The notes: generated by a model not told the origin, from the letters alone. DNA of 63,513 nucleotides, filler included, from Bigelowiella natans CCMP2755 (GCA_000320545.1; 7 parts of 7 records of this genome joined end to end with filler, not necessarily neighbours in it), one strand, 5' to 3'; shown: positions 1 to 15,138, counted from the first letter of the whole stretch. A program made the numbers and translations.

Positions 1-4
1 CCCT

Positions 5-36
<32 letters not shown>

Positions 37-87
37 CCACAAACATTATTCGCATGTATCTAATATGCTTGTCATTTACTGTTTCAG

Positions 88-2748
88 ACCCAGCAGAGGA
101 GGGCTGTGGAGTATAAGGACAGAATTCAATCTGACGTACGTAAAATAAATGAAGAAGATTCCATTCTACTTGAAGGGTAGGCAGCAGCACAGATCTAAGT
201 TTGTTGTGTTACTCACAAATGTAGCGTCCATTTGCTATACTGGAGGGCGTTGCTATCAAAAACCTTAACGCCTCCATGGTAACGATGATGCAACAATCAT
301 GACGATGACAGAACGTCGTTGATAATGTCGTGAAATGCATACGTATTGAATTTATTGATCGAAGTATTCGTCATAATCCTTTAACCATTGTGATCGTGAT
401 TATCATCATCGTCCATCATCATCAAAAGGATTGGAATGGAATGAAGGGCACTGTGATAGGATACAAAGACAACAATAACAAGTAGTAATGTGAAGGGACG
501 ACTAGTAGCTGCAGCAGCAGCAGCTGTACGAGGCGTTAATAGAGGCCACGTTTGCCGCTATCGTTCATAATATGAGTGGGATAACTAGCGTTTATAATTA
601 GCTATTTGTTTTGGAGGTGTCGAGGCAGAGGCCTATTCGTCCCTTTATTTACTGAATGAGATATTTTATATTCTTTGCTTTTGATTGTGATAACGACGAT
701 CGTGTGTTGTATGCACTGAATATAGAGTTATTGTCCAAGTCCTTCATGGGCGCACAAAGAAGGTGCTCCTACTAGTACTACTACTACTACTACTACGTCT
801 ACTACTACTACTACTACTACGTCTACTACTACTACTGCGACAAGCAGCATCATGAGTGTTATCCAGTGCTCTTGACGCTCCTCTAATAAATATATACTTC
901 TGTCTTCAGATTCGTACGGTGATGGCATTACCATTTGGTAGGATTTGGACTATTGTATCATTGAGTGTGCACTTCTGATGATAGCGGGGAAAGAGAGAGG
1001 GGGGTACTTTTTTGTTGTCTCGGAGTGAGTTATGTCAGATATAACATTGCAAACGCAGAGAAAAACCAGATTCTACACAAGTTTAGCCACACGTATTTGA
1101 TGTTTTGCCGCCACAACTGACAATGACTTCCATCTGCATTACTACTATAAATTTATCCTTCTCCATGGCAGATAAGGTGGAATCTATACACTGCGTGGAC
1201 GATGCTGAATCAACTCGTATTCGGAAGTTAAAAAGGTATACGACTACCCTTTAGTGAGCACCATGCGTCGATAACTAACGACGATGACGGAACTTATCCG
1301 TCACTTGTCTATTCCTCGTACAATGATGAGTTTGGAAGAACTGCAATAGCAAATAAAGCTATTTGTTGTCTTCTTCGTCGTAATCTTCTTCTTCCTGTGA
1401 GACTGCTGCCCCTCACCACCGTCATACACGTGAGAAATAATCTCTGTCCTCAAATAAACCCAAGGTTGGAAAAGCGTTTCTCCAGACTCAGCACCTTGCA
1501 AAAACGGTAAGTTATGCTTACGCACACAAACACAAGACTATTAGATTTCAGTGGTGTAAGTAATGAGGGGGGCAGAGATACGTCGGCCACAGACACGACG
1601 AGAAGAGAAGACCGGCTTATTGCTTTTCAATTGTGCAAAACGAGTCGTGTGCTCGACTCCTCATTCTGCGACTACTTTGCCTGGAAAAATTACCTTCCGC
1701 ATTAAAAACGCCTTTGTGTACGATATGGTCTTGCTCGTAAAACCGGGCCTCTACTCATCCGGAAGAAGTTTCAAGGGAATTTCATGAAAAAGATCCCGCA
1801 CTGCTCATATCTGAAATGAACATCATGATGAAACATTAGGGTCGGAGAAGCAATGAAGAAGCAGTATAAACGAAGATCACCGGACAACACCTTCCATCCT
1901 ACGGTTACTTGTTAGCTCATAAGGCATTGAGACGTTTTTGTACGCGTATTCGTGATAGGAGTAGTAGTAGTAGTAGTGGTGGTGGTAGTTGTTTGCTGCT
2001 GTTGTTAATGGGAATAGACAGAGAATAGAAGTCAAAAGCTCTTTTTTCAACCCAATGATGGTGGTGATATATATAGTACACGCCTTTGCGTTAATTCCGG
2101 TATTTTCGCCTGTGCTTTCTTCTGTCCGTCCTCCTCCTCCACCTCCTATTCCTAATCTTCCTTTTTTGATATATTAATGTATATATACATGTATATTAAT
2201 ATATGAATGTATCTGCATACAGTGGCTACGGAATATCATCGATTTTGTTCGAGGAAAAACTGCCTCGCAGCTTCGGTTTCTTTTATGGAAAAAAACAAAG
2301 TTCAGGTGTTATTCCTGCTGCTATCCTCTGAAATGCATTTTGCCAAAAGAAAGTGGAGGAATGACTGGAGAAGGGAGGGGAGGGGTGTGTGTTTGTAATT
2401 GTTATTTTCTGTACTAATCTCCCATTTCCACACGTCGTTCGTTTGGATCTGCAGATATTTCATCCCATACCCAAGCGGAGTCCCCCCTCCCCTTAGCGTG
2501 CTAACCAATATCCCAAGTGCCAGAAACACAACAAAGAAAGAGGTAGAGGAGGAGGAGAAGGAGGAGGAGGAGGAGGAGGAGGAGGAGGAGAGGATGTGCT
2601 TGTGTTTGTTACGAGCTTCTTGACACGGTTTTGCTCGCACGATTCACATGTTGTAAGCGCGTTTGTGTGCGCTTGTGTGTGTGTGTGTTCGTGCATAAGT
2701 CTCCATCTGACAGGTCGTTTCTCTGATTGTCTTTTGCGTATACTACCT

Positions 2749-2782
<34 letters not shown>

Positions 2783-4277
2783 ATAATATCCTCCCCCTCC
2801 TCCCCCTCCTCCCCCTCCTCCTTGTTTGGGACATCATAAAATCTATCACGAACTCAAGCCAAAAAAGGGACGATGGGAGAATAACAAGTAGGAGAATTGA
2901 GGAGGAGGAGGAGAGGGGGAGGAAAGGGTCGGAGAGTATGATCAATGTTTATTTGTAGTAATGGGAGAGGAGGGGAGAGTATGATATGTTTATTGTTAGT
3001 ATTGGAAGAGGAGGAGGGGCATCGATTGCATGAGATGAGAACAAAGAAGAAGAAGGGAATTCAAAGAAGAATAAGTAGTGCAGTGTTTATTCATGATAAT
3101 ACTCTCTTTTCCCTCTCCCCCTCCCCCCACCCTACCCTTCACCCTCCTAGCGTCTCGACTGTGTGTTGAATATTTTGTATCTAACGGATGCAATTCTTCT
3201 CCCTTTCCTCTTCTCCTCAACAAGATATTATCCTAGTAACGAAGAGCTTGGTCTCCCAGAGTGGGAGGTGGGTGAATATACTAATTCCTACCAAAAGAAC
3301 AAATCTTACCGTATCCTCCTCCTCCTCCTCCTCCTCCTCTCGTTCATACCTTTAACACATCCATGTACATTCTTACCCTATAGAATATATTACTTCTGTT
3401 GATGGTAATTCGCTTCTTCCGCTGATGTTATGAATCACGACTGTGACAGGTCGGAGATGACGTGAAGGTGGATGTAGAAATGCGAGGCTATTTCAGGTCC
3501 TTCTACTATAACAGGGGCGTTCAGGAAGAGGGGGGGGGGGGGGAGCGGAGGGGGGGACTAAAAGAAAGAATAGTGAGATCCGCAAAGAGTACTTTAGCAG
3601 ATGAAAGTATGGCAGTAGATCGTTTGACAAATGAGTCTTCTTCTCCTACTCATCATCCTTATTGCATGGGATTGGTTGGCGCGTTGGTTGTTACACATCG
3701 GAAAGAGATCTGATGACTGACCCCTGCTACTGCTACCCTCATCATCAGAAAAGGCAAAGTGGCCGATATCGAGCACGACTCAGAAGACGTTCCTTTCCTC
3801 ATCATCAACTACTATGTAATTTTTATTCTTGTTTTTTGCGTGTAGAATCGAGACACTCGCACACACAAAAAAGATGATTCATCACAGGAAGGGCCATAGA
3901 GAAGATGTTGATGATATCATTAACTAAGCACACCGTCATACCAATATTCAAACTATCGTACTCATGTGCCTCTCCTTCTTGCATGTACCGAATGCCCCCA
4001 TCTGCCCCCATCCTCTCCTCCTTCACTTCCCTATCTTTGTGTGTTGGCTTTCGTTGTGCGTGACTTCACACGCGCACACACAAACATACATTGATTTATT
4101 TCCCTATTCATTTGTTGTTTTGTTGACGTGCATTAATGAAACATGCAGGATCCCGAGGAGAAGAGGGTTTCAAACCAGAACAAGACTGTAATGACAAATT
4201 AATAATGATTATAGAGAATTTTAACATCCAATTTACAACATATGTGTGCCCCCTTCAAGATCACTCTATATTAACAC

Positions 4278-4314
<37 letters not shown>

Positions 4315-5569
4315 TATATATTTGTTTATATATTTGTGTACGATATGCCCTCGCTATCGTCCACCCTCTCCTCCTCCTCCTCCTCCTCCCTCTCCTGTCT
4401 ATTCAGTTCCGCATTGTAGCCGATGAGTGGTCAAGATTGCAGATGCCCAAATCGGGAATGTCAGTGAAAATATTCACACCTTCTTCCTCGTTGGCAAATA
4501 ATGGAGAGGGGTGGGGAAGGGGAGGTGGAAGATGATCCTAGGAACACCGTCGATTAGACAAAAAAATTGTGGAAAAATGCAGATATTTCTAAATTTGAGG
4601 AGGATTGGGCAAGAATATGCTGCAGGAGGTGGGGAGGGGGGGGGACAAAGCATTTGAACCGAGAAGAACATGTTTTTTAGCATAGTTTGGATTGTGATGG
4701 CTCGCATCATCCTCTCCCTTCCAGGTACATGGAAAAGGTCTCCAAAAAACAAAGGATGCAATACGAGAAGTATCTGAAATCTACGGTGAAAACGGATAGT
4801 ATGAGTAGCTACATATATATATATATATATATATATTTATTTATTTATATTATATTGTGTGAAAAGATGTGGGTATAGGAAAAGAGAGGGAAAATACATA
4901 CAGAGAGGGGAGGGGGAGATAGTGTCTACCTTTGTTTTCCTTAAATATTCAGCTATTTACCACTCAAACTTCAGGATGATAGCATGGATTTTGACGAAAT
5001 CCGAAGAAATGCATTACGGCAGCGCGCTACTGCCAACGTATATCATCACACACACACATACACATACACATACACACGTTTACCTTTCTACACACCAGCC
5101 TGGCCTGCTCTGCCCTCCTGTGAGGCTGTAATTCACCGCCATGTAATGCACGTTTCAGGGGGCGGATGATGAAGACTTAACCGTCTCCGATCTCCCCGAA
5201 GACGATGACGTTGATATGGCAAACGAGGAGGATGAGGAGGAGGAAGAGAGAGGGGAGAACAGCAACGCTGATGGCGATGATGATATTCTGCTTCAGAGCC
5301 TGCATAATAGCAGCCCTTACAGTAGCAGTTGGTACAAGCGATTGAAGTTAAGAGAGGATGATGATGGCAAGCCTCGGAATGGTGGTGGTGGTGATGATGA
5401 TGATGATGAAGAGGACGATGCTACAGGGGGTAGTAGCCGTAAAAAGGAGAGGAGGGATATGGAAAGTATACATGAAGCAGCACATTTAGAAGACGACATC
5501 GGCAGCATAGATCCCGATAATCTGGCCGACGGCACTACAGTAAGCAGCGACAAATTAGCAGATACGTAG
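88..5569 (+). CDS. Multi-exon hypothetical protein with acidic C-terminal tail (5' end outside window; may be more than one gene)
   Basis: Chain of short AG..GT-bounded plus-strand exons (e.g. RPFAILEGVAIKNLNASM ~225-278, RYYPSNEELGLPEWE ~3223-3267, RYMEKVSKKQRMQYEKYLKST ~4724-4784). It ends in a long acidic exon that stops at 5569. No family recognised. Confidence 0.4.
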
Positions 5570-7448
5570 TTGGAGACAACAATACCTAGAAGGCTGAGAA
5601 ATGGCTATACCAACAAATCGTCTGGACTGAATGTACAGCGCTGCTTGCGCACACCATCTATAGTGAGTATGAATCATTCACGAAACCATAGAAGGACATA
5701 TAGATAGTCAGAGCAGCAGCAGCGGCATGCAGTTGCATTAGGAGCATGTGATCTATCAAATAATTCAATTTTCGAGAGAATCAAAGCAAACACGATGACA
5801 TTTCGTATCTACATGCGATGCGTGCGCCAGAATGGTGTGTCAATGCATGTATTAGCATGTCTAGCTATGTGTGGACGTAGCTATTCACACAAGCTAGCAT
5901 GTCCACCCTGCTGAGCTTGTGAGCGTTTGATGTAATTTCCGTCGTCAATCAGCGGCAGGTAGCAGCAATATCCAAATCATGCTGTGGAGCCTATGCTACC
6001 GTTGAGGATGAGAGACCTAGGTGGAGCTCCGTTGCGGGTAGCACAGCCGCCAATTTTGCAATTGCTGTCATACTTGCAAGGACAACCGCACCATGCAGCC
6101 GCTTGTGCATGGAAACAACAACATGGAGATGTGACACCGCATGCATGAAGCACCACATTCTAGACATTGTCATTGTCATTGTCATCATCATCAATGTGCA
6201 ACATGTTGTTCGCGAGGCTTCGTGGCAAAAAAAAGGCATCATGGCAGTCATCATTTCATTGCAAAGATCAACAATCAAGTGGCAACATCAAGATGAAAGT
6301 GATGAAACAGTGGCACAGAGACAATTGGACGATGCGCGTGTTTGCGAAACCGGCGTGAATTCGATGTCACGTCCACCATGCTAGCATAGAACAGTGCCTA
6401 GAGTGCGACGTGGCACTGTGACCAGGATGACTGCAGTCATTGATGAAGAGATTTGATCACTAATTCACAACACCCGTCTCACACATGCATGTGTTTCTGC
6501 CATGACCACATGTGTTTCATTCGTTTCAAATTGGCATTCATGTGCACAAATGCATCTGATGGTCTGCTTGCTACATGGAACGTCATCCCTGAATCTCTAG
6601 CATCTACCCACTCCACTATCACTGCCTAGCTAGCACTTTCAGAGGAGATGGAGGAGAAGGTCCTTGTCTTTCACGACACAACACGTTGTTTTCGTGCATC
6701 GCATCTGCTTCTTCACAATTGCCACGGACAACACGAAGCTTCCGAGATCGCCCACTGTGCCAATGGCGCGCATCTGCTCCTGCAAGTGCATTTTTCCGAG
6801 CTCATGGCGACCGCCTCCCTCCCCCAACCATCATCATCATCATCATCATCATCTGATTGACATCTCATGATCATGGCACTACTACTACTGCTGCTGCTGC
6901 TGCTAGGTAAAGCGTTTGATTGTGGTCGATCCCGACGATAGGCGTCCCATTTCTCAATTCATTGGACATCACCTCCCCATCGTGATGATGGTGCGTGCTT
7001 CTGGATGTAGTCGTAGTGCTCGTAGTCGTCGTAATGATGGTAGGAAGAGAGGAAGAAGAAGAAGGATCGCTCTCTCAACGCTTCCGCTTTTTCGAGTTGA
7101 TGGCGACGACTTCTGCCCCCAACCCCCGCTTCAATTCCGTGCTTAAGAAATGCAAATCCCTCAAATCTCTGTTGAACACCTGGATCCGTCGTTCAATGCA
7201 ATGATGCTGATGCTTAATGAAGCTTTTGAGTTCATTATCCTGACTCTAATCCTGAAATCTTTCAAAAGTTGTAAGGCATTTTCACCCTGCGACTTGAAAT
7301 AAATCAAGACTCTAGACAGTCCCCGGCTCTGATAACCTCGAACGGCATCAGAGAAGCGTCTGCCCTAGGTCTACCAACTGTCAAACCCTATTTCTTGGAG
7401 GAAGAAAGAAGGAGGACTGAACATGGGCACCTGAAGCTGCAGCAAGAG

Positions 7449-9371
7449 ATGGATGACAACCTTCGCCTGATGCTAAGAGGGTTTGCTCTTGGCGTCGTCT
7501 TCACCCTTTCGATATTTTCTGCTTTGGGAACCGGGAAAATCTCGGACGGGGACGTTGTAGACGTGAAGGACTGCCCCGAGCCGACGCAATGTTCGTCAAC
7601 GAGCACCAAGACAGCAGATAGGCACAGGAGTAAAGAATTTTACGAACGGGAAGTTCAGAGCTTTTGGCCCCCAGGGCGTCCAGAAGAGTCACATCTCTGT
7701 ACTGAAATGGTGCCTAAGCCGACATTTGTAAATCGCACATTGACTATCATTAGGGCTGGTGTGGAAATATTGGGAGATGATAACCAATTGGCGTATCTAA
7801 AACATTTATCGGAGCGTTTCTCTTCGAATGATTTGAGGATTCTAATTGATGTCACGCTGAACTATGCTCTGCCTCTTGATGACGAAGAGCGTAACGCCAT
7901 ACGTGCGGAAATTGAAAGGAAAACCAATGTGAGGCACACGGCTGTATATTGCCTAAGGGGTTGTCATTTTAAGGGGAGGAGGGAGGCAAAGAAATAAAGT
8001 CAAGGAGTGCCACTTCTAAAATATAGCATAAATTAACTGGGCGAGCAATTTGTTCCTCACATCTCTTCAAGATATTATGACGCAGTAAGCTTCACATGTT
8101 TTTATTTTGTTCTACAGATAAGCACCATGGTGTACACAGTCTTCGACATCCTCGATCGGTTCCCTTCAACAAAGTGGCCCCTGGTACATTTATAATAGAA
8201 AAATTAGTAATCGTAGAAAAGCAATGAACGAGGCTTCGTTGCCTGAGTTGTTTACTCCTCCAAACGCGCATTGCTTTCACCACCTCAGGTGATGGACCCT
8301 GAGGTCTGGAAAACCATAGAAGACGAGAAGGAAAGAAAAGGCGTCGCCCTCTGGGTAGGGGGCATGCTAGATAGATTCGCTGTACAGGGCACAAAGTTAT
8401 TCTCGCACTTAATGACCAATGGGTACAAAGCCTTCCTCAACTTTTTAATTCACGAGCCATCGTTTGTATGGGCCTACGAGAACGAGTGTGAAGCATCTCA
8501 AAAAGCCTACAAGGCAATGTGGGTGTTGGAGTCTGATGTAGTATTTACGGGTAACGAGAGATTGTTCTTCAACTTCTATGAGACGATCGATGCAGACCTG
8601 GTAGTCGTGATGCCGTATTAAGTAGTAGACCTCTTTAATCTCTCCTGCTCGCTTCTGTATCATCATCGATTAGTACTACATTAATGGAACTATTATTGTT
8701 CTTGCTATTACTACTACTACTTTTACTATAAGTATCATCGTTGTTGCTGCAATTCCTATTAATGTTAGTATGCGCGTTATGGTTGTAATTTGCAGGTCTC
8801 CGTATTCGAACCCTTCCATTCTTTCGTGAAGAAGTTCTTCGCATGGAATGTCACCGGCGAGCGCTTTCCAAGTTGGCCCTTACACAAGTGGGAGCACGTG
8901 GAGCGGTACTCATCCTCGATGCTGCGGTTTCTTGACGGTGCTATGCGGCGGAACTACACCGCACATGGCGAGTACCTCAGCAGCACGCTTTGTGCTATGG
9001 TGGAACAATGCGCCACTGCTGATCTCAGAGACCACAATTTCGTAAATCGCAATCTCTACGGCTTTCAGTCAAGCAGGGGCATCTCTGGTAAACTCTTTAG
9101 TGCCATTCATCATTGCAGAAGCATTGAGAAACCCGACTGTAGAGAGGTCCGGGAGAACGACGTTGATTCTACACCGTTAAAGAGATTAGTAACAAACGTT
9201 AGCGCAAATACTGAGGCAACGATTTGTCGCTGCTGTGGCCCCGATTGGCATAACAAATGGCTTCATTCTTTAAAAGACGTACAGTCGTATTTGAAGGCAG
9301 AGACTACTGTAAAATTGGAAGACATAAGGGAATGCGAACAAGATGCATTCAATCTTTTGATATTAGCTTAG
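7449..9371 (+). CDS. Type II membrane glycosyltransferase-like protein (DUF3405-like), ~4 exons
   Basis: N-terminal TM anchor (FALGVVFTLSIFSAL), a stem region, then YKAMWVLESDVVFTGNERLFFNFYETIDADLV. This resembles the W-x-x-E-x-D-V-x-F/Y-T-G motif of DUF3405-type GT-A-like proteins. The last exon (8796-9371) is open to a stop. Confidence 0.55.
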
Positions 9372-10456
9372 TGAAAATAATGATCAATGTAAATTATCAA
9401 CACACAAAGACCGCGTCATAACGGCTGCTGAGAGAATTCTCTCTGCAGTCTGCGGCACATCACTGACACATGCAGAATGAAATCGACGGCAATGGAGCAG
9501 CCTGGTTCGATGTTCAGTGCAGGCAGTGTATTATTCGAATCTCATATTATGCACCAAAAATTCCATGACTATGGGTGCGATCATAAAATGATTACACCCG
9601 ATGTGTGTTGAGAGAATTTGTTTGTATTTAGTGATACCACGCTGTGTGACAGCAGCATACATGTACGGTCTATACGGTGTATCTTAAATATGTTGTGGTA
9701 TGTAGTCTCGACGACAAAAACTTTTTATTGCTCATCGTACGATGCTGTTACACTCTAGCAGCCCGCTTGCTATGCAGCTGTAGCGATCTAGAGCTAGTAG
9801 TCGCATTATATACGTTTACGGACTTAATGCGGTCGCGACTAGAGGACATTGCGAGGCTAGTACGCTACATCGCTCGGCAGCAACACAATGTCTACACACA
9901 TAGCATGCACTAGCTCTAGAGCTCTACATGTAGCAGTCAGTAGTGCAGTGCCTGATACGCACACACATTAGTGCAGCCCGCCTACGTACATGCCATCCAG
10001 CATCTGAACATTTGCGATTTATAAAATTAACTTTAAATTATATTTTGTTATTTTTAAATTGGCAGTTGAATCGGACAAAACTTTAATAATAATCTTCTTT
10101 TTTAAATAAAACGAATGCGTTGGCAATGCAATCGATACTTTGCTGCTGTGCGTGCCTTTTAATTAATGCTTTAGCTTTGACATCTAGACACGCACGCGCA
10201 ACACTACACCAATGTCAGATGCCACCGTGCTGTGCAGGCAATGGCACCCACCTGTTTTGATCGCTCCCTCGATATCGTCATCACAAAGCTAGTGCTAGTC
10301 CGTGTGGCGACAGTGATACGATAAATTTTGCTTTGTTATCAGAGTAGTACTCTAGTACTAGTAGTTCATGATTGCAAGTAACCTAATCCTTGCCACGCAA
10401 CATCAAATGTTTTGTAGCTCAAAGTATCGAGCATTCCAGCTGAAGTCGAGGGGCCA

Positions 10457-10799
10457 TTAAAGATCCTCTAATGCTGCAAGGTTGTCTGCGTACACCTTCG
10501 CGCTACTTAAAGGAGCTGCAGCAGGTGTTGTCCTAGAATCTGAGAGGACGCCTTTATAATAATAGCTGCTGCTCTTATTTGTTTTTATGCGCCCATCCCC
10601 GGCGAAAATGTTGCCTCTGGTGTTGGGTTCAGCCGTTTCTTTCCCGTGAGGCTTCACTGTACTACCACTAGTGTTGATTTTATGGTTTGCTGTCTCCATG
10701 TCGCCAGCTGCACTATCATTCGGCTCGTCATCATCGTCACTCTTATAATCTCCTAGAAGAGGGTACCGTGTGTTGGCAAAAGGGTGGCGGAGTGTGCAT

Positions 10800-10836
<37 letters not shown>

Positions 10837-11225
10837 ATAATAATAACAAGAATAACAACAACAATAATAATAATAATTCTTATAGTAGAGATATTCACAA
10901 TAATTTTATTAGAATAAAAAGAAAGACACCGCTGCGTATCACATTACACGAGTACAACCACCATTTTATGACTCCCCCCCCCCCCTTCCTTTTCCTCTTC
11001 CTCCTCCTCGTCGCACACCTAGCAGGGAATTTATCTTGGTGGCAGGGTCATCTACAGCATGACTTGTTGATTCTCCTCCTCCTCCTCCTTCCAGCAGCTG
11101 GTCGCCTTCTCCACAAGCTGCTGCTGCTGCTGGGTTGTTTTCTGTTTCGTCTCCAGTAAGTACCGCCTTCGCGTATCGCTTGGCCTCTATAAACTCATCA
11201 ACCTCGAAGATGCTAACTCCTGAGT

Positions 11226-11262
<37 letters not shown>

Positions 11263-11386
11263 TGTTGTAGTAATGAGGAATAGCACCAAAAGCACGGTTG
11301 GTTTGAAAACAGAGGAGGAAGGGGGAGATCGATGGCTCACGATCATGATTCTTATTCAAATTTATGCAATGATGTAGCATTGCTAC

Positions 11387-11426
<40 letters not shown>

Positions 11427-13150
11427 ATTTCTGCTACTACCTTCTTCCAAGAAATACTTTGAGAATTCATCAAGCATTTCATCGGGGAACAGATTCCTGC
11501 GACAATGACGACAACAAACAATGGCAAACAACAGTAGGTGGTTTCTCAGCCATCCGTATGTAGTAAGTAGAAGAAGTAGTAGTAGTATTAGTGGTAGTAG
11601 TAGTAGAACACTGTGTCGTACTACTACTAGTAGTAGCAGCAGCACAGTAGCAGTAGTAGCAGTAGTAGCAGTAGTAGTAGAGGGCTGCTGTGGCAATTCT
11701 TCATACGAAAGCACTACTACTAGAGAGAGAGAGATGGGGGGGGGGGGGGGGGAGACCATTGTAGTTTTTCAATTAATGGCCGAAGAAAGCACCCAAGAGG
11801 AAAGTTTTTGTCCCATGCTTCCCATGACCCCAACACTGGTATCCCGGGATTGAAGACTTTACCCCGTTTACAAAATATTTTTAGACCTACCCCCCCCCCC
11901 CCCCCCCTTTTTCAAAAACGGGGAAGAAACAACGCGAAACGGGGAGCCGCTTTTGTGGTGATGATGTGGTATATGATGGTGATAGTGATGATGATACTTC
12001 TGAATGATAACATTGGTGGTGATGATGATGATGATAATGGTTGTTGTGGTAGCTATGATGATGAATGTGTTTTGACTCAAACGCACTCGTGCTGGGCTTC
12101 AAGCGATTCAATCTGTAGGGAGATGGTTGGGGAGACGGTTCGTAAACTAGCTCTGTGCACAGTCGCACGCATGTACATAAATGAGACGATGGCATGTGGC
12201 ATTGTTAACAGGATTCATACGTAATATTGGGAATATTTTTACCTTCTGCATTGCAGATGCAAAAGACTTGAAAATCGGTTGCAGCTGAAGATTACATTCC
12301 AAACGGATGAGAAGATCATCATCAAAACCATCACCGATATCATCACATTATCCTCCTCCTCTTTCTCCTTGCCAGCTGCTCATATTGATATTCAAGAACA
12401 TCTAAGCAGCACCTTTTCCTTCATTGCATCTCGGTATACGGAGAAGGACTCGTCTAAAGGGCTGAGCAAAGACCGCACACGCAAACACACACACAAACAC
12501 ACACACAAACAAATTTAGTCGTACATCATGTTTTTAAAGTCGTCGTTGTGGTCAAGTATAATCGCCCTCTGAATTATCTCACTTTAGAGTCTGTGACTAC
12601 CCGGTATCATCCTTTCATATCACTTGATGATGATGTGTGAGGGTGTGCTTTCCTCTACTAAATTTTCCTTTTCTTCTTCTTCCTCCTCCTCCTCCTCCTC
12701 CTCGTTTTTCTTTATCATCATCAGCAACAACTGCTCCCACTACCACTACTACTACAACTACAAGTACTACTACTAGTACTACGATTACTACTACTACTAC
12801 TACAGTTTAATACAACCTCGTGTTATAAAGCACATCGTTGTAGAAAACATCTGACAGGAGGTAGAGTCGGGCCATGCGCTTCTCCATGTTGCTTCTCCTT
12901 TGATATTCGTGCAGAGAGGTTATGACAAACGAGGGAGAGTTTTTTTTTTGTGGGGGGGGGGGGGGGGGGGGGGAAGCAACGCTGGGCACGTCCATTGGTT
13001 CGAGCTTGGGCCATATGCATGTGGGAAAATATAGCATAGCTGCTGCCTGTACCGGAGGAGTGAGAGCCTCTAGTAGAATCTCTGAGATGTCTCGAGCATC
13101 GTTCGAATGCTCCAAGATGAAGCCCATCACCTCCATGATGGAAGTGCGAC
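10457..13150 (-). CDS. CID/RPR-domain protein, U2SURP(SR140)-like (5' part unresolved, probably extends toward the gap at 13905)
   Basis: Exons RTSIMEVMGFILEHSNDARDISEILLEAL, KRMARLYLLSDVFYN, SVYRDAMKEK, LQPIFKSF and NLFPDEMLDEF follow the CID helical pattern (I..aM.F.l.h...a.ei / ARLYL.SD.l.N). Low-complexity C-terminus stops at 10457. Confidence 0.6.
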
Positions 13151-13203
13151 ACAGCTTTATATTCCTATGCATTATTAGTCATATACATATTTAACTAATA
13201 TAT

Positions 13204-13246
<43 letters not shown>

Positions 13247-13855
13247 GTATATTATCAGCCATCAGCAAGACCACTAAGTATTTCAGTTACTGAACCAACG
13301 GGATTGCTTGCACGGCTGCGTTGCTCATGGCATTTATGGTAGTTGCTGCCGCTCTCTGCTATTCCTTTTGTTTGTTCCGAAAAGCAGAAGGGTTGTGTTG
13401 GCATAACAAGTACTAGCTCAACTAACGCACCGCAACATGATGTAGAGATCCTCAGCGTGTGTCTTTGACATCTGCGTCCACTTCTCACGCACTGCTGCAC
13501 GGCAAGATTTACAACACCATCACCTTCTCACCTTCATCATCAGCACGTTATCATCTTAATCATCACCACCACCTTCTAGAATAGCAGCAACAATACCATG
13601 GCAGCATAGCATTACAACATCCTCTTCCTTGCCCACAATCCATGAAGTAGTTGTACTAACATGATGGCGAGAAGGACGGAATATCACTCTTCCTACCTCG
13701 TCTATGCCCGCTGCCCCCGCCCCTCCTTTTTCGCTTTCGACATGCTGTTGCGATGAAGACAAGCACCGGTCATGAATAAAGAAGGAAGAGAAACAGTGGC
13801 AGTCGTGATCATTATGATGATGATGATGATGATGACGACGACGACAAATTGTGAT

Positions 13856-13893
<38 letters not shown>

Positions 13894-13904
13894 GTGTGTG
13901 TGTC

Positions 13905-14004
13905 NNNNNNNNNNNNNNNNNNNNNNNNNNNNNNNNNNNNNNNNNNNNTTAATTAATTAANNNNNNNNNNNNNNNNNNNNNNNNNNNNNNNNNNNNNNNN
14001 NNNN
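13905..14004. other. Artificial contig spacer (44N-TTAATTAATTAA-44N)
   Basis: Exactly 100 bp; the core gives stop codons in all six frames. Confidence 0.98.
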
Positions 14005-14360
14005 AGCATCTGCCGCCTTCCCGGCTTACCACCCTGGTGCGGCTACCCGGTCCTGGATCCTAACCCATTTTCAGTCGATCATACATTTGGGACATGATGG
14101 GTTAGGTAGGGCTATTAGTTGTTCTGTGTCCAAGAACCTCAAGGAGGCGTTCGAGCAAGAAGTATCCAGCCGTCGGGCACTCACGGTACGGCTTGTAGTT
14201 GCAGCGAGAGCTGCCGACACAACTCGTTTTGCATTTATAATGACGAAATCCACGGACAATATGGTAAGGAAATCTCCCAACGCTGAGAGACTGCCTGCCG
14301 GGAGTAAACTTGTTGTTTTCATCATCGACGCCATTTACTTGCTTTTTTGGATCTATTCCT

Positions 14361-14895
14361 TTAGATATTCTTCTTTTCTTTCATAGCTGCTAATGCTGTT
14401 GAAACCAAGCCGTCGATCAGCGATTTCGCTAGTTGTTGCGGCAAAATCCTTGCAACACCCTCCTTTCCTCGATTCTTTTGGCAAATCTGTGCGATGGTCT
14501 CGGATATCTTCAGTTTCAAGGAGGGAGCGACTATTTCTTCCTCTTCTGGGCTCTTATCGTCATCGTAATCATCCCCGTAAGAATATGCTGACGACGAAGA
14601 AGGCCCCCCAAAACCGCTTTTATCATTTGCACCCTCCCTTACTACGTCTTGGATGAGGAAGTCTGCCAAGGTGCTAAGGGTGCGATCAGGCTTAACAACA
14701 CCCACACTGGCCCTAACACACACACCCACACACACCCACACACACAACGCACAATGCACAATACAAAATGCATACACAACATACATTAATTAGTTTTGTT
14801 AATGAAACTGACGCCGCTAATTTGGTAAAGGAAACGGCGTACGTGCAGCTGTGGCTCCTTCTATCAGAAGGGCCTTTAGAGGAGCAAAGGTCAGT

Positions 14896-14969
<74 letters not shown>

Positions 14970-15104
14970 CCACATCCACATCCATAAGAGCAAACAGCTC
15001 CATACACACACAAGTGCTCATTATATGCCACCATCAACTATGACTCATACAGGATGTGACGAAAGGCAAAGGAATCGGATTACAAAAGGTGAATCTCCCC
15101 CCCT

Positions 15105-15138
<34 letters not shown>

